Part shown: piece after piece, positions 39,399 through 53,250 of the stretch
Layout: each line of letters opens with the position of its first letter
Position numbering within the stretch: the first letter of the stretch is position 1
Assembly: GCF_006345805.1 (NCBI RefSeq)
Contig: NC_043007.1
Span: 47,492,001 to 47,556,000 of the forward strand
Origin: Octopus sinensis
Taxonomy: Eukaryota
Length of the DNA stretch: 64,000 bases
Direction of reading: 5' to 3'
Position numbers and translations under genes: made by a program
The notes under the pieces: generated by a model
What the model saw: the letters and a program-made list of their open reading frames with translations, nothing else
Databases searched by the model: none
Told to the model about the DNA's origin: nothing

Positions 39399-39757
39399 AA
39401 AAGCAGTAAGATATGTCGTTGAAATAAATCACCGTTGCAGGTAGCAGGAGTACAAGTTAATTCACTGTTGCTGGATAGACACAAATATTCCATAATATAA
39501 GTGTGGTTTTTGTTGTCGATACTGTTGCTGCTGCTGCTGCTGTTGCTGTTGTTTTTGTTGAGAGAGTGTCTATGACTGCATTATCTCATGTATTCCTCCC
39601 TTATTTGAAGACGTTGGAGTGCGGTATTATATAAATTCGGTTACTATTTTTAACACTTGACACAACCACATAACGGCTTCCTCGTAATTTATAAGATAAA
39701 AGAGGGTCATTCTTTCCCAAAAGTTACAGATATTATTTGAAATAAATGTGAAATATG

Positions 39758-39904
39758 TCATTCCTAAGGTATTTTTTTATATTATTATAATTATTATTAA
39801 GGTCACTGCCTGGAATCGAACTCGGAATATTGGGGTTATTAACCCGCACACTTAACCACTGCGCCAGATGCCCTTGGGCATAGGCGTAGTGGTTAAGAGT
39901 GACC

Positions 39905-39986
<82 letters not shown>

Positions 39987-40137
39987 ATACCTTAGGAATG
40001 AGAACCCAGGTTCAAAATTTCCCCAAGACACCTAATGAAGACTGGAGGGTATACCAGCCGAAACGTTGGGTTAAGAACAAACAAGATGATGACAAATATC
40101 CGTCAAATATAAATAATGTAAATAATGAAAATAATGA
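39758..40137 (+). mobile_element. Second copy of the tRNA-head + hammerhead element, with a head-to-head inverted partial copy
   Basis: Arms 39758-39873 and 39876-40137 are centred on ATGCCC-TT-GGGCAT. Hammerhead motif at 40027-40072 (GACAC-CTAATGA-A-GACTG..CAGCC-GAAAC-GTT-GGGTT). The tail matches 4035-4096. Confidence 0.7.
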
Positions 40138-40926
40138 ACTGGAACTTGTTTCCAAATTTCCAAACATATTTCGACAGTTCAAAACCAAATTTTCTGTCTA
40201 GAATGACAGAAGAATGAGTGTTCGAATAAGATTTTGTCGTAAATTTAATCAATGTATGATTTTGACTGTGAATCAACGTTCAGTGACTTTGGATATTCTG
40301 TATTATGGAAGGAAAAACTCGTTATGTAGGCTCTTACAAGAGTTTCTAAAACTGCACTTTATTATGGTATTACGAGTGTTTGACACATATTTTGCTATAA
40401 TTTAAATAAAATAGCTGCTGAAATTTTCCCAACCAGAGTGAAAAACTTTAATAGAAATTCTAACATAGTTTTATAAAACCTATGTTCTTTAAAATGAAGT
40501 AAAATTAACTTAGGAAAGTCCCTAAGAATATTTGTAGAATCGTTCAAACGAAAAGTTGGCTTATATCAATGGATTTTCTATTTTTATTTCTAGATTTGGG
40601 AGTTGTATTTATGTCCTATCTCACTTCAAAATTCACTATGACTAAATACTTTGTTATAAAAATGCGAAACTTTTGCAAAGCTATCAACATTTGAGGATGA
40701 CGATGGTAATCGCCAACTAACATTGAAGACTACTTTTGATGTCGGTATTTGATAGAGTATTTTAACACAATGTAATTAGATTTAGTCGCTTCATCAGCGA
40801 CTAAATCTAATTTGGTGTCTACAAAATTATCATTTGCTTGCTTGCTTTCTATAGTATGCGTGAATATGCATGCATATATGTATATGTATATATACATATG
40901 TATATATATATGTATGTATATATATA

Positions 40927-40975
<49 letters not shown>

Positions 40976-41181
40976 TGTGTATACAAATATACATACATAT
41001 ACATATATATGTATATGTATATGTATGTATAAATATATACATATATTTATACGTATACGTGTATATATACATATGTGTGTTTATGTATATGTGTGTATAA
41101 GTATATCAAAGTAATTAATGTTTTGTTTGCACGTATATATAGACTAATTAATTCTATTAATTCTAATAGGAAGGAAGTCAT

Positions 41182-41214
<33 letters not shown>

Positions 41215-43434
41215 TTATTAATGTGCATATATACACATATTAACATATAGCTACAGATAGATACATAGATATAAATATATATATATATACACAAGCACGT
41301 ATATATATATATTTATACATATACTTAAACACGTATATATATATGTGTGTGTGTGTGTGAGTGTACAGAGAGAGAGAAGAGGGAGAGAGAATAAGAGGCA
41401 GAAAGAGGGAGAGAGAGATGAGGTAATGAATTAGTATTGTTACCGACATTATAATATATATTGTCAGTTTACAAATGGTACAGCTGATCTATTATCAATT
41501 AACCAAAGCAATATGGCAGAACATCTTAAAAACAATATAATCAAAATGATTCATTTAGAAACAGAGGCTGTTCATTCCAAATGCCAGCTGTTCTTGCAAT
41601 AAAAAAGCATCTCCATAGCAGCCGTGTTAGTTTTTATACTGAAGTAAATTACCCACTATATCAATTTGATAAGAGTTATAATTGTATGTATGATTACAGT
41701 TTAATGTAGGTCATATACAGATTCAAGTAGGAAGCTGATTGAGACGATACGAGGACAGCGGCCCGATGGTGGCTGATTCACTAAGAACTACAAAATACTT
41801 GAGCTTTACAACGCCGCTGAAGTTGCGAGAATTAGCAGTTAAGTCTCCCTCAGATCATATCCTAGTGGCTTATAAAAACAATGTTTATTAACTGGATAGT
41901 ATAATTCTATGTCTACAAGAAGATTAGAGCTGCCATTGCTGGATCGTCTTTAACAATAGATTTTCTCACTCGTGATTGACTTTGAGCGGAGAAAAATAAC
42001 TCAGACTGGCTTGTGCTATATATATGTATATATATGAAGAACACAAACAAATGAAAGTATATCCGATGCCATACAACATAAATTATTGATTTATTAAGAC
42101 TATCTCTGCTTTTAGAAGATGTTTACTGTTACCAAATGCCAACTGAGACCAGCTTCATATAAGAAAAGGAGATGAAACTGAACTGAATTCTTGTTGCTTA
42201 GAGCCACTGACTATACTATGCGTGGTACATATATAGATTTGGTTAGACTTAACCTTTGGATGCTCACACGAATGATAACGGTTATTATTTTCACTGTTCT
42301 TTGTGTGCTGCTAGCTAATATTTTATGTCATATAATACAATTAAGCTGTTTGTTTGTGTTTAATAAAAAAAAAACTTTCAGTTTCGATTACTTTCGCATT
42401 GTTTCATATTTAACTTTGAATATGAAGTGTGAGCAAACAGAAGCGTTGTGAATGCCCGATAGTTATAGCTGACACCATTTTAGTTGCAATGATTGATGTG
42501 GCTGTCACGAACTTATTCCATTCATGAAAAGTTCCAGATTATTCGTTTTTTATTAAGTTTCTTTTTTTTTCTGAATAAATAACTCTAAGATGAAAATAGA
42601 TTTAGTTCAAGACAATGGAATTGTCAAAACGGCGACAATAAAAGACATTGTCTTTGTGTCGAAAGCTGCGCCGGTAGGACTTGTTAAAGAAAGCTCACAC
42701 CACTAAAACGATTTTTGAAGTGTAACATTCATCGACATTATATGAATACATGCTTTGGATTTATTTTTCAGGAGTTACTGACAGATACCATATGATGTAC
42801 GTAGTGAAAATTTGTTATATGACATAGTTTCCAGAAATAGGAAACTGTTTGATCATGAAACACACGTCACAAAATTTTAAATCTTAACTACTTCACACGG
42901 TTTGTTGAGTAGAAAAATACAAGCAAATGGTTTTGTGGAAAAATAAAGAATGCAATTTTCTAATGTATTCGGTTTCTTTCTCACCAGATTTTTAAAATCC
43001 TCACAAGCAGAATGAAATATGCTTATAGGTGAGTTCTATGTCAGTGTTCCATTTGAGTTTATTAATGAAGCGAACAATAAATTTCCCAAACTCTGCTATA
43101 ACGAGGGAATATTGAAATGTCTTTTTTAATATCAAAGAGTGTGTTTCTATTGAAGTAACGTAATACAATTTTGGCATCACAAGTTGGCAAGTCGACCGAT
43201 AGCAGTGGTAAATCTCTACAAACATTCTTCGGTTTCATTCAAATAATTGAAGTTACGAGGCAATGTTTATGGTGTAAAAACTTAAAGAAGATAATGTTAT
43301 TATGTTAACAGTGACTGGACTGATTGCTATCAATGGCAGGAACCTTTATGAAGTTGTGCGTCGGCTTTATTTTTAGTTTTTTCAATGACACTATCCGCGG
43401 AAGATTTCGTTTCATTAACAAAGCAACAAAGACT

Positions 43435-43466
<32 letters not shown>

Positions 43467-43586
43467 CTGTCTGTGTTTGTGTGTGTGTCTGTGGCTGTGT
43501 GTGTTTGTGTGTGTGTGTGTAATGTGTAGTGATTATTAAATAACTGTCTAACTGTACTCCTTTGTGTTGACTCTATCTTATTCAAT

Positions 43587-43628
<42 letters not shown>

Positions 43629-43642
43629 TATATATAATATAT

Positions 43643-43674
<32 letters not shown>

Positions 43675-44318
43675 ATCATATCAAAATGAAAATGGAATTT
43701 AATTAAATTAAATTTAAAATATTCAATCAAAATTTACATTTCCAATGGTCTAACGTGCAAAAAAAAATAGTCAAGAAGACTATATATTAGTTATACGATA
43801 TAGTGTATATTTATACACATAAGGAATCCACACTTAGGGTGAGATTCAACACATTAGATAACCACAAAAATAATAGATAAAATTCGACAGGAATAAATTT
43901 GGAAATGAAAAACATTTACCATTTAATACCCCGGACCAAATTGGTTTCTGATCTTCTCGCAAGGTCTGATCTTCTTCGGCGAGGTCCAACCTGGGGTTAA
44001 AACATATAAGACAGAAGACAAGGACTGCTACCTGTCTACTGTTTATACGAAGTAACTTTTCAAATTTATCTGCGCAATCGCAGTGCTACCGTTGGCTTGC
44101 GAGTTACCCTGACTAATTTTCGGTTAAAGTTGGCGGTTTATTGTAGCCGACGATCCCTATCTGAAGTTTTCTTTCGATGAGGAGGTTTCTCCCTCTTTCT
44201 CAAAGAGTGCCATTACTTTCGAGACAGTACACCAAACATTTCGGCTGTTTTCTTTACGCTAGCGCATATCATACGAGCACCAACAATTTGACTTCTTTGA
44301 AAGTTCGATAGATCTGTC

Positions 44319-44372
44319 CTTGTGAGTGGATTTGGTAGACAGATTTATTAGATGTACATACATACATACATG

Positions 44373-44426
<54 letters not shown>

Positions 44427-44427
44427 G

Positions 44428-44499
<72 letters not shown>

Positions 44500-45058
44500 T
44501 GAGCGTCTGTGTTTGTCCCTCTACCATCGCTTGATAACAGATGCTGGTGTGTTTACGTCCCTGTTACTTAGCGGTTCGGCAAAAGTGACCGCTAGAATAA
44601 GAACTAGGCTTACAAAAAAATAAGTCCTGGGGTCGATTTGTTAGACTAAAGGCGGCGCTCCAGCATGGCCGCATTCAAATGACTCGAACAAACTTGTTTC
44701 AATCATTTGACCGCAGCCGGGGTGGAACACTACCGTTTAGTCGAACAAATCGACTCTTGAACTTATTTTCTAAATGTAGTACTTATTCTGTCGCTGTCTT
44801 TTGCCGAATCACTAAGTTACGGGGATGTAAACAGGCTAACACTGTTTGTCAAGCGGTGGTGGGAGGACAAACACAGTCACAAAGATACACGCACACATAG
44901 ATATGTGTGTGTGTGTGTGTGTGTGTGTTTTTACGACGGGCTCCTTTCCGTTTCCGTGTACCAAATCCACTCACAAGGGTTTGGTCGACCTAAGGTTTCA
45001 GTGGGACTGAACCTGGAGCCCTGTTGTTGGGAAGCAAGTTTCTTACCACCTAGCCGCC
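44319..45058. mobile_element. Two SINE family A copies, tail to tail (44319-44693 +, 44695-45058 -)
   Basis: The family 3' segment is present in both orientations and meets at about 44694. Confidence 0.8.
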
Positions 45059-46530
45059 CTGTATTGATTTATGTTTGTTATATTTGTGTGGTAGGTGTTC
45101 ATATTCCATTTTTTATTCGAAATATATAACGGTAAGTTGTAATTTATCTTCGATCAGATTATATTAGTGACCAATTCTGTTGAGAGATCTCTTGGAAACA
45201 ACACTTCAGCCCCATTTGGATAAATGTCTTTCCACTATGACTTTTCTCTTTCTATATATAGAAGTGTTGTTGTTTTTGTTGTTGTTGTTGTTTAGCCTCA
45301 AAACAACTCCGATGAAGCTGACCAATAATAAAGAACAGTCTTGCTGTGACCATCCTGTCTTTACAGAGTTGTCTGCCTACATGTACTTTATTGAATGGGA
45401 TCTTCCTCTTTTAAAGAAGTTTGAAGTACATTTGGTGTTAGCTGTTATGTCTGTCATGTGGAATAATCGTGGAGAGGCTTTCCACTTTGTTCATAAAGAC
45501 GATGTAGTAGGATAATAAAGTATCAATCAGGAATGATGTATAAACTGATTTTTATTTATCATAAAACAAACTGAAAGGATCCTTTCAGCTGAAATATAAA
45601 CGAATATTATTGAATATCTCACTAGAGAGTTTGTGATGTGTCCAGCTAGCTTATTTACTCAAGTGTATTATAATGATAAAATAGTTAACTATCTATATAT
45701 ATATGATGGACAAATGAAAAGAACAGCCTTATTTTAACGATAAAGCTGCCTACATTTTATAAACCAACTTTAAATTATTTTCTGTTTTTCTTCCCTAACA
45801 ATTCAAAGCCGGAAAAATAGTACCAAGTATGCCAATTCAAACGAAAATACTGTATTTGTAATGGAACATTTGGAAAGTCAACATCAAACCTTATTTTAAG
45901 TTCTGGCTGATAGTCGTAACCTAACTACCAAAATCGATACGAGATATCGGAATAATAGAATAAAAGGATATGATAAAAATGTTGAAGAGCAATTTCTAGT
46001 TATTTTACATGGTTTTGCAGAAAGTACTTCTGGATATATCCTAATTTCTTTTTTCAATTCCAAATGAAGAATTAACACTTTCAGTTAATTGAAGTTTTGC
46101 TTTGCTTGGTTTAGTATTTTTTTATGGATGGGTGGAGGAGAGTTTGAGGATAGTTTCTGCAAACTATTTATATGGGCTTGAATTTTCAATACTGAAGAAA
46201 AACGATAGTTGCAACAAGACTAGAAGAGTGAATGAGAGTTGTTTCCCTGAAAATATCCTATCATTAGAAAATTTCAAAATCACCGAACTCATGTAGCACA
46301 TTGGTGGAATGTGTTTTATTTTTCTGAAAAATCATGTGTAATATTTAAAATATAATAAGCAACTATACTTGGGTGCAGGCATGGTGATGTACTTCCTCAT
46401 TTTGCGTTCGCAACAATGAATTTTGAGGTTCTATCCCAGCGAGTGAAAACTTTGACAAGTGTCTTCTGCAAAAACTTCCAGTCTATAAAAGCTATATGAA
46501 TGAAATTTGATAGACAGAAACTGTACAAAA

Positions 46531-46761
46531 GGCGGCGAGCTTGCAGAAACGTTAGCACGCCGGGCGAAATGCTTAGCGGTATTTAGTTTGCCGTTACGTT
46601 CTGAGTTCAAATTCCGCCAAGGTCGACTTTGACTTTCATCCTTTCAGGGTGGATAAATTATGTACCAGTTACGCACTGGGGTCGATGTGATCAACTTAAT
46701 TCCTTTGTCTGTCTTTGTTTGTCCCCTCTATGTTTAGCCCCTTGTGGGCAATAAAGAAATA
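46531..46761 (+). mobile_element. Young SINE family B with a 15 bp TSD, nested in an old family A copy
   Basis: AGAAACTGTACAAAA at 46516-46530 and 46762-46776. A family A head remnant lies at about 46370-46515. Confidence 0.9.
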
Positions 46762-48101
46762 AGAAACTGTACAAAAACCCGACGAAGGAATCATTTTTCT
46801 TCTTTAGTAGTTGACTTAGCACCTGGTTCTTTTGGGTGTTGTTGCAAACTTTCAGGGAAATTCTTTAGTTTGAGAATTTCGTCTCTTCTTTCCACCATTT
46901 TCAGGATCCTGAAAAGAGTCATGCATTATACTCTTCTTCCTCTACCAAAAAGCATGAAATATGTGGTTTTTGCCCAACATTGCGCACACCAGGAACCAAC
47001 CCTGAGCGACATGTTTATGAAGCTAATTTCATTATATTTTTTTTCCAATTAACAGTAAATAGTTATCTAGTTGTTTACTTGTTCTTGTCTTTCTTTTTTC
47101 TGATGATATATTTTCTTGTTTATTCGAAAACGAATGTCGAGGAGTAATTAACAGTTAGATATTTACTTATACCATTCGACGAAAGATTATCTGACAAATC
47201 TGATAAATCTATCGACGCTAATAACCGACGCCATGTTTGGTTCCTTGTTATATACGTATTTGCTGGTTATTCTTTCTTCATGGCTTCGACTTTTGTTGGG
47301 TTTTTTCTGGGTTTTTTGTGGGTGTTTTTTGCTTCCATCCTATCAAAACTTCTCCCCCGCAAAATAACAAATATTGTCTTGCCAACACCGGCTTGTTTAC
47401 CAATAACATTTCAATTAAACACCAATGTCCATCAATGCAGAGATGTGTGTTGTACGGAATACACAACTGTCTTCTGGTTTCATCTCTTTTATCAAAGTTT
47501 TTGTTTTTCATATTTTATAAGTCCATTGCAAATTAAAACAGTAAAGTTCCTAACCCCCTCAGGTTCAGATCTTCATTGCCTCATCTGGATGAAGTGACTT
47601 TGGCGCATATTAGTGTTCCTTTATAGTAAGAATCGACGAGAAGATTTAGTAGGAAGAAGCAATGTGATTAATGGATGCGTTACCACTAGAATTTTAATTA
47701 ATATCATGTTTAGCTTTCAGTGTGACTTGTGTGTGTTTATTTATACATTGTATCGTCTTATAACCATTTGTAGTCTATGTTGGGGTAAATTCTGAAGAAT
47801 AAAAATGTTTTTATATGCGCACTATTAGCTTCAATTATAGAGATTATATATTTACAATATTTACATCTAACTCCTCGAAATAGAGTATGTTTTTGTTGTG
47901 AATATTTGCACGTCATCTATTTACACTATTGACATCATTTCCAGTGTATAATTACAATATTTATATATCTAATGAATATATTTACAATTTTTATAAACCC
48001 CATCTATACCGGATATATTTACAGTACTTATATCTACTCTATTTACTTCCTCTTTACAGTATATATTTGCGACATATCATGTGTGTATATAAATATATAT
48101 A

Positions 48102-48620
48102 CGAGGTGGTATCAAAATGTTCCCGGACTAATTCTGTAGCGCATCAACAGACGGCAGTATACAGTTGCATGCGCAGTGAGAGCTAGCAGTGACCTTCATG
48201 AGGCAGTGTGCCGAGTGACATCGCTGTGTTTACTTGGCAAGTTGTGAAATTTGTGCTTTTGTGGTCACGTGTAAACTGTAGTCTGCGATTTGTGGAGTGC
48301 GAAGAACTGGATTCTTCACAACGACAATACATCCTGTCAACGAGCCCTTCTCCCTTGTGAGGTTCTCGCCAAAGACAACATGGAATCGCTTCTGCACCCG
48401 CCCTATTCGTCAGATTTAGCACCTGCGGACTTCCATCTCTTCTCCGTGATGAAAACGCTGCTGAACAGCCATTTTTTAACACCGTTGTTGAGACCCAGAG
48501 CAAATCGCAGAAGGTTCTCTACTCGCTTACGGAAAATGACTTCCAGGCCGAATTCCAAAAGTGGCAGGAACGCTGGGACCGGTATGTTACTGCTTCGAAG
48601 GAGATGATGATAAAACTTAG
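48102..48620 (+). mobile_element. Internally deleted mariner element
   Basis: TIR TA|CGAGGTGGTATCAAAATGTTCCCGG; WILHNDN..LLHPPYSSDLAPADFHLF motif. Confidence 0.85.
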
Positions 48621-48626
48621 GTGTTT

Positions 48627-49004
48627 ATATATATACATATATACATATATACATATGAACAGAGAGGGAGGGAACAGTAAATGTGTATGTATGTGTGAAC
48701 TTCAGTGGCACAAAATGTTTTTTTTCCTATTTGTTATATGTAATTATATTTTAAGGTAATTGTTATTTCTCTTTCAAAAATCAGTATTCATTTTATCCCT
48801 TTGCATAAGTACCAAGAAAGTTGACAAAAGTTAAATTATAATTATCATATATGTGTGCCGTACATTAACCATGGTCTCAGAAGTATTCTTTCAGAGTTAG
48901 TTATGATATGACGCTAATGAGTAAAGCCGCCTTTGATATATTTCTGACAAAGATGGTGACTGTGCAGTAATATCAAACAATATCAAGCAATCAGATCTAA
49001 TTTC

Positions 49005-49089
<85 letters not shown>

Positions 49090-49841
49090 TGTGTGTATAC
49101 CTACATACACTCACACACACACATACATGATATAGTGAAAGAGTATGAGAGAGAGAGACAGGCACAGGCATAGCGCTGTTGTAATAGGTATGCTTCTCAA
49201 CTACATGGTTCAGGGTTCAGTCCAACTGCGTGCCCCAAGTGCAGACCAAAGCCTTGTGAGCAGGTTTTGTTGGCGGGAACTGAAAGAAGCCGTCGTATAT
49301 ATGTGCATGTGAGTGTGTGTGTCTGCGCGCTTGTATGCTTGTGTGCGTACATGTGGGTGTGTGTGCTTATATGTGTTTGCGCATGCTTGTGTGTCTGTGT
49401 GCGTCTTGTCACTGTATTTGTCCCCCACCACCGTTGGACAACGGGTATTGGTGTGTTTAAGTCTCCGTGTTCTAGCGGTTCGACAAAAGAGACCGGTAGA
49501 ATAAGTGCCAAGTTAAAAAGAATAAGTTCAGGCTTAAAATGAATAAGTAACGGAGCCCCAGCATGGCTGCAGTCTAATAAAAGATAAAAGATCATATATA
49601 CATATGTGTGTGTGTGTGTGTGTATGTATATTTATATTTGTATTTATATATTACTGTGTCTGGGGAGAGTCACTCTCTTTTAGTCCTTATTATTTAACAC
49701 AGTGCGCGTGTGTGTATATGGTCATGAGCTTCAGTCTTCATTTGTGTATGTATATGTGTTTGTGTGTGTGCTTGTTTGTCCGTAATACCTATGTACCTAT
49801 ATATATGCTTATCTATCTGTTTACTAACATATCTATTTACC

Positions 49842-49889
<48 letters not shown>

Positions 49890-50298
49890 GCACACACACA
49901 TATATATATATATATGCAGATATATATATACATATATACATATATACATATGAACAGAGAGGGAGGGAACAGTAAATGTGTATGTATGTGTGAACTTCAG
50001 TGGCACAAAATGTTTTTTTTCCTATTTGTTATATGTAATTATATTTTAAGGTAATTGTTATTTCTCTTTCAAAAATCAGTATTCATTTTATCCCTTTGCA
50101 TAAGTACCAAGAAAGTTGACAAAAGTTAAATTATAATTATCATATATGTGTGCCGTACATTAACCATGGTCTCAGAAGTATTCTTTCAGAGTTAGTTATG
50201 ATATGACGCTAATGAGTAAAGCCGCCTTTGATATATTCTGACAAAGATGGTGACTGTGCAGTAATATCAAACAATATCAAGCAATCAGATCTAATTTC

Positions 50299-50382
<84 letters not shown>

Positions 50383-51135
50383 TGTGTGTATACCTACATA
50401 CACTCACACACACACATACATGATATAGTGAAAGAGTATGAGAGAGAGAGACAGGCACAGGCATAGCGCTGTTGTAATAGGTATGCTTCTCAACTACATG
50501 GTTCAGGGTTCAGTCCAACTGCGTGCCCCAAGTGCAGACCAAAGCCTTGTGAGCAGGTTTTGTTGGCGGGAACTGAAAGAAGCCGTCGTATATATGTGCA
50601 TGTGAGTGTGTGTGTCTGCGCGCTTGTATGCTTGTGTGCGTACATGTGGGTGTGTGTGCTTATATGTGTTTGCGCATGCTTGTGTGTCTGTGTGCGTCTT
50701 GTCACTGTATTTGTCCCCCACCACCGTTGGACAACGGGTATTGGTGTGTTTAAGTCTCCGTGTTCTAGCGGTTCGACAAAAGAGACCGGTAGAATAAGTG
50801 CCAAGTTAAAAAGAATAAGTTCAGGCTTAAAATGAATAAGTAACGGAGCCCCAGCATGGCTGCAGTCTAATAAAAGATAAAAGATCATATATACATATGT
50901 GTGTGTGTGTGTGTGTATGTATATTTATATTTGTATTTATATATTACTGTGTCTGGGGAGAGTCACTCTCTTTTAGTCCCTTATTATTTAACACAGTGCG
51001 CGTGTGTGTATATGGTCATGAGCTTCAGTCTTCATTTGTGTATGTATATGTGTTTGTGTGTGTGCTTGTTTGTCCGTAATACCTATGTACCTATATATAT
51101 GCTTATCTATCTGTTTACTAACATATCTATTTACC

Positions 51136-51175
<40 letters not shown>

Positions 51176-51207
51176 GCACACACACATATATATATATATA
51201 TGCAGAT
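48627..51207. repeat. Tandem duplication of a ~1.29 kb unit, each unit containing a SINE family A copy
   Basis: Offset 1293-1295 bp; the 132-aa ORFs at 49197 and 50490 are identical. Differences seen are microsatellite-tract variation and 1-bp homopolymer indels. Confidence 0.95.
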
Positions 51208-51399
51208 ATATATATACATATATATGTATATACACATATATATACGTCTATATAACAGGCTACTAACACCTCTACCTGTGTATGTATAAACTACGGGTAT
51301 TAGGATATCACTACCTTCTATGTTATATTTCCTATTTAGTAATGGTGGTGTTTCATTTTTGAAGAATTTCTATAATACATGAGCTAAAACCATGAAAGA

Positions 51400-51841
51400 T
51401 TTCACCAGGACATTAGTGTTATGGAGAAACAGTACCAAAGCTTCTGGAATGACAGTATACTGGCTGACTCCTGCTGGAAACTTTACCATGATCAACCAGA
51501 TCAAAAACACCGCAGTAAATCGAAATCACAATGTTTCTAACTGCTGTTCTAACTTTATCTGTTTCAGCAGACAAATTTTTTGTGTATTCACTCTTTGTAG
51601 AATGATACTGATGATTTTTAAGTCAGTAAACTCATTTACTTTTTAAAAATAATATATCCTTATTTATTATGTAAATGATTTTACATATACAAATATGTAA
51701 ATATTTGCATGTATCAACTGAAAAACTGATATGTGCTGCATACAAATGGAGCGAAATTTTGAAAGCAGCAGGAAAAATTAGTCTAAAAATGTTGGTTTGC
51801 ATTCATAATGAGTATAATACATTTAATTTTGTTGACCAGTG
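51400..51841 (+). mobile_element. Chapaev3-like (CMC) DNA transposon 3' end
   Basis: RFHQDISVMEKQYQSFWNDSILADSCWKL resembles the ERFHQDI..ME.RYQG.W...MLADYCW C-terminus; ends GTTGACCAGTG|TA. Superfamily label is from memory. Confidence 0.6.
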
Positions 51842-51857
51842 TATTTAAAATGACGCA

Positions 51858-52370
51858 ATTTAAAACCAAAAAGGAAATAATTCACCATCACTAAAAAGTG
51901 ACCAAGGGTGCAGGGAGCACCGGCATTGCTAGAAATAATAATCAGAGACTCCTTAGCCACAGAAAGCACATGCTCTATTTAACTGACAGGGAAGACAACC
52001 TCCCCATCGCAAGCGAGGTGCATTAAATTTATATGCTAATTTCGTATAGGAATTAATACTAACCAGTAATGCTTATTCCATTGCTGGTGATGAAGCAGAA
52101 CTTACGCATGTCAGTACTTACAGATTTTACTATAGGAATCAGTGGCTGATCCGCAAAATGGTAATGTGAAAATTATGAAATAATTAAGGTGGCTAGAGGC
52201 AACTTAAAACCAAAGAGGAAATAATTCACCGCCACTAAAATGTGACTAGGGGTACAGGGAGCACTGGCATTGCTAGAAATAAGAGTCAAAGACTTCCTAG
52301 CAACAGAAAGCACATGTTCGGCTTAACCGAAAGGGGAGACAGCCTCCCTACTGCAAGCGAGGTACATTAG
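51858..52370. repeat. Diverged direct repeat of ~175 bp, period ~341 bp
   Basis: 51858-52030 vs 52199-52370, roughly 80% identical by eye (GGAAATAATTCACC..GGGAGCAC.GGCATTGCTAGAAATAA..CAGAAAGCACATG..GCAAGCGAGGT). Confidence 0.85.
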
Positions 52371-52761
52371 TTTAGCCTGAGAATAGACATAAGTTTCTAT
52401 CAAAGTTCTGATGCGCACTTCACTTTTCTGGTTGTTTGGAGCCCTACGACAAGTGTTCTAAATGCATATAGATACTCAACCACTACGGATCCTCGGGGAT
52501 CATTTCATTATATCAAGAGATATAGCTATTTATAACTTGACAGAATAAATTGTTCCCTAAGGATACGTTTGAGTTAAGTATCTACATGCATTTGGAACAT
52601 GCATTTCCTACAATTAATCTGTAGCCCATAACTGGTGATACTTCTCAGGATAGTAGTTAACTAACAACTACACCGAAGCAAACTAGATCATGAAAATCTA
52701 CGCAAAATTTCTGAACATCACAGCAACAGTCTTACTTTGTCTTGTACACGAAATTTCTATT

Positions 52762-52797
<36 letters not shown>

Positions 52798-52802
<5 letters not shown>

Positions 52803-52999
52803 TAATCCAAACAAGAAAGCACAAAAAACACAACAACGCGAGGACGTGGAACAAATATAGTATTATTGGACGCTCAGGAAAGAAGGAAAGAAGGAGGGTT
52901 TAACGTTTCGAGCGGAGCTCTTCGTCGGAAACATAGGAGAAGGAAAGATCCAGAGAAGGGAAGACAGAGGAAAAAAATCGCCAACGGTACACACGCGGT

Positions 53000-53053
<54 letters not shown>

Positions 53054-53250
53054 TAATCCAAACAAGAAAGCACAAAAAACACAACAACGCGAGGACGTGG
53101 AACAAATATAGTATTATTGGACGCTCAGGAAAGAAGGAAAGAAGGAGGGTTTAACGTTTCGAGCGGAGCTCTTCGTCGGAAACATAGGAGAAGGAAAGAT
53201 CCAGAGAAGGGAAGACAGAGGAAAAAAATCGCCAACGGTACACACGCGGT

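Noticed and set aside
45180-45515. 111-aa ORF
   Set aside because: Partly built from (TTG)n; no homology and no clear exon boundaries.
47096-47142. CTGATGA...CGAAAAC...GTC hammerhead-like string
   Set aside because: Stems I, II and III do not pair convincingly; likely chance in AT-rich DNA.
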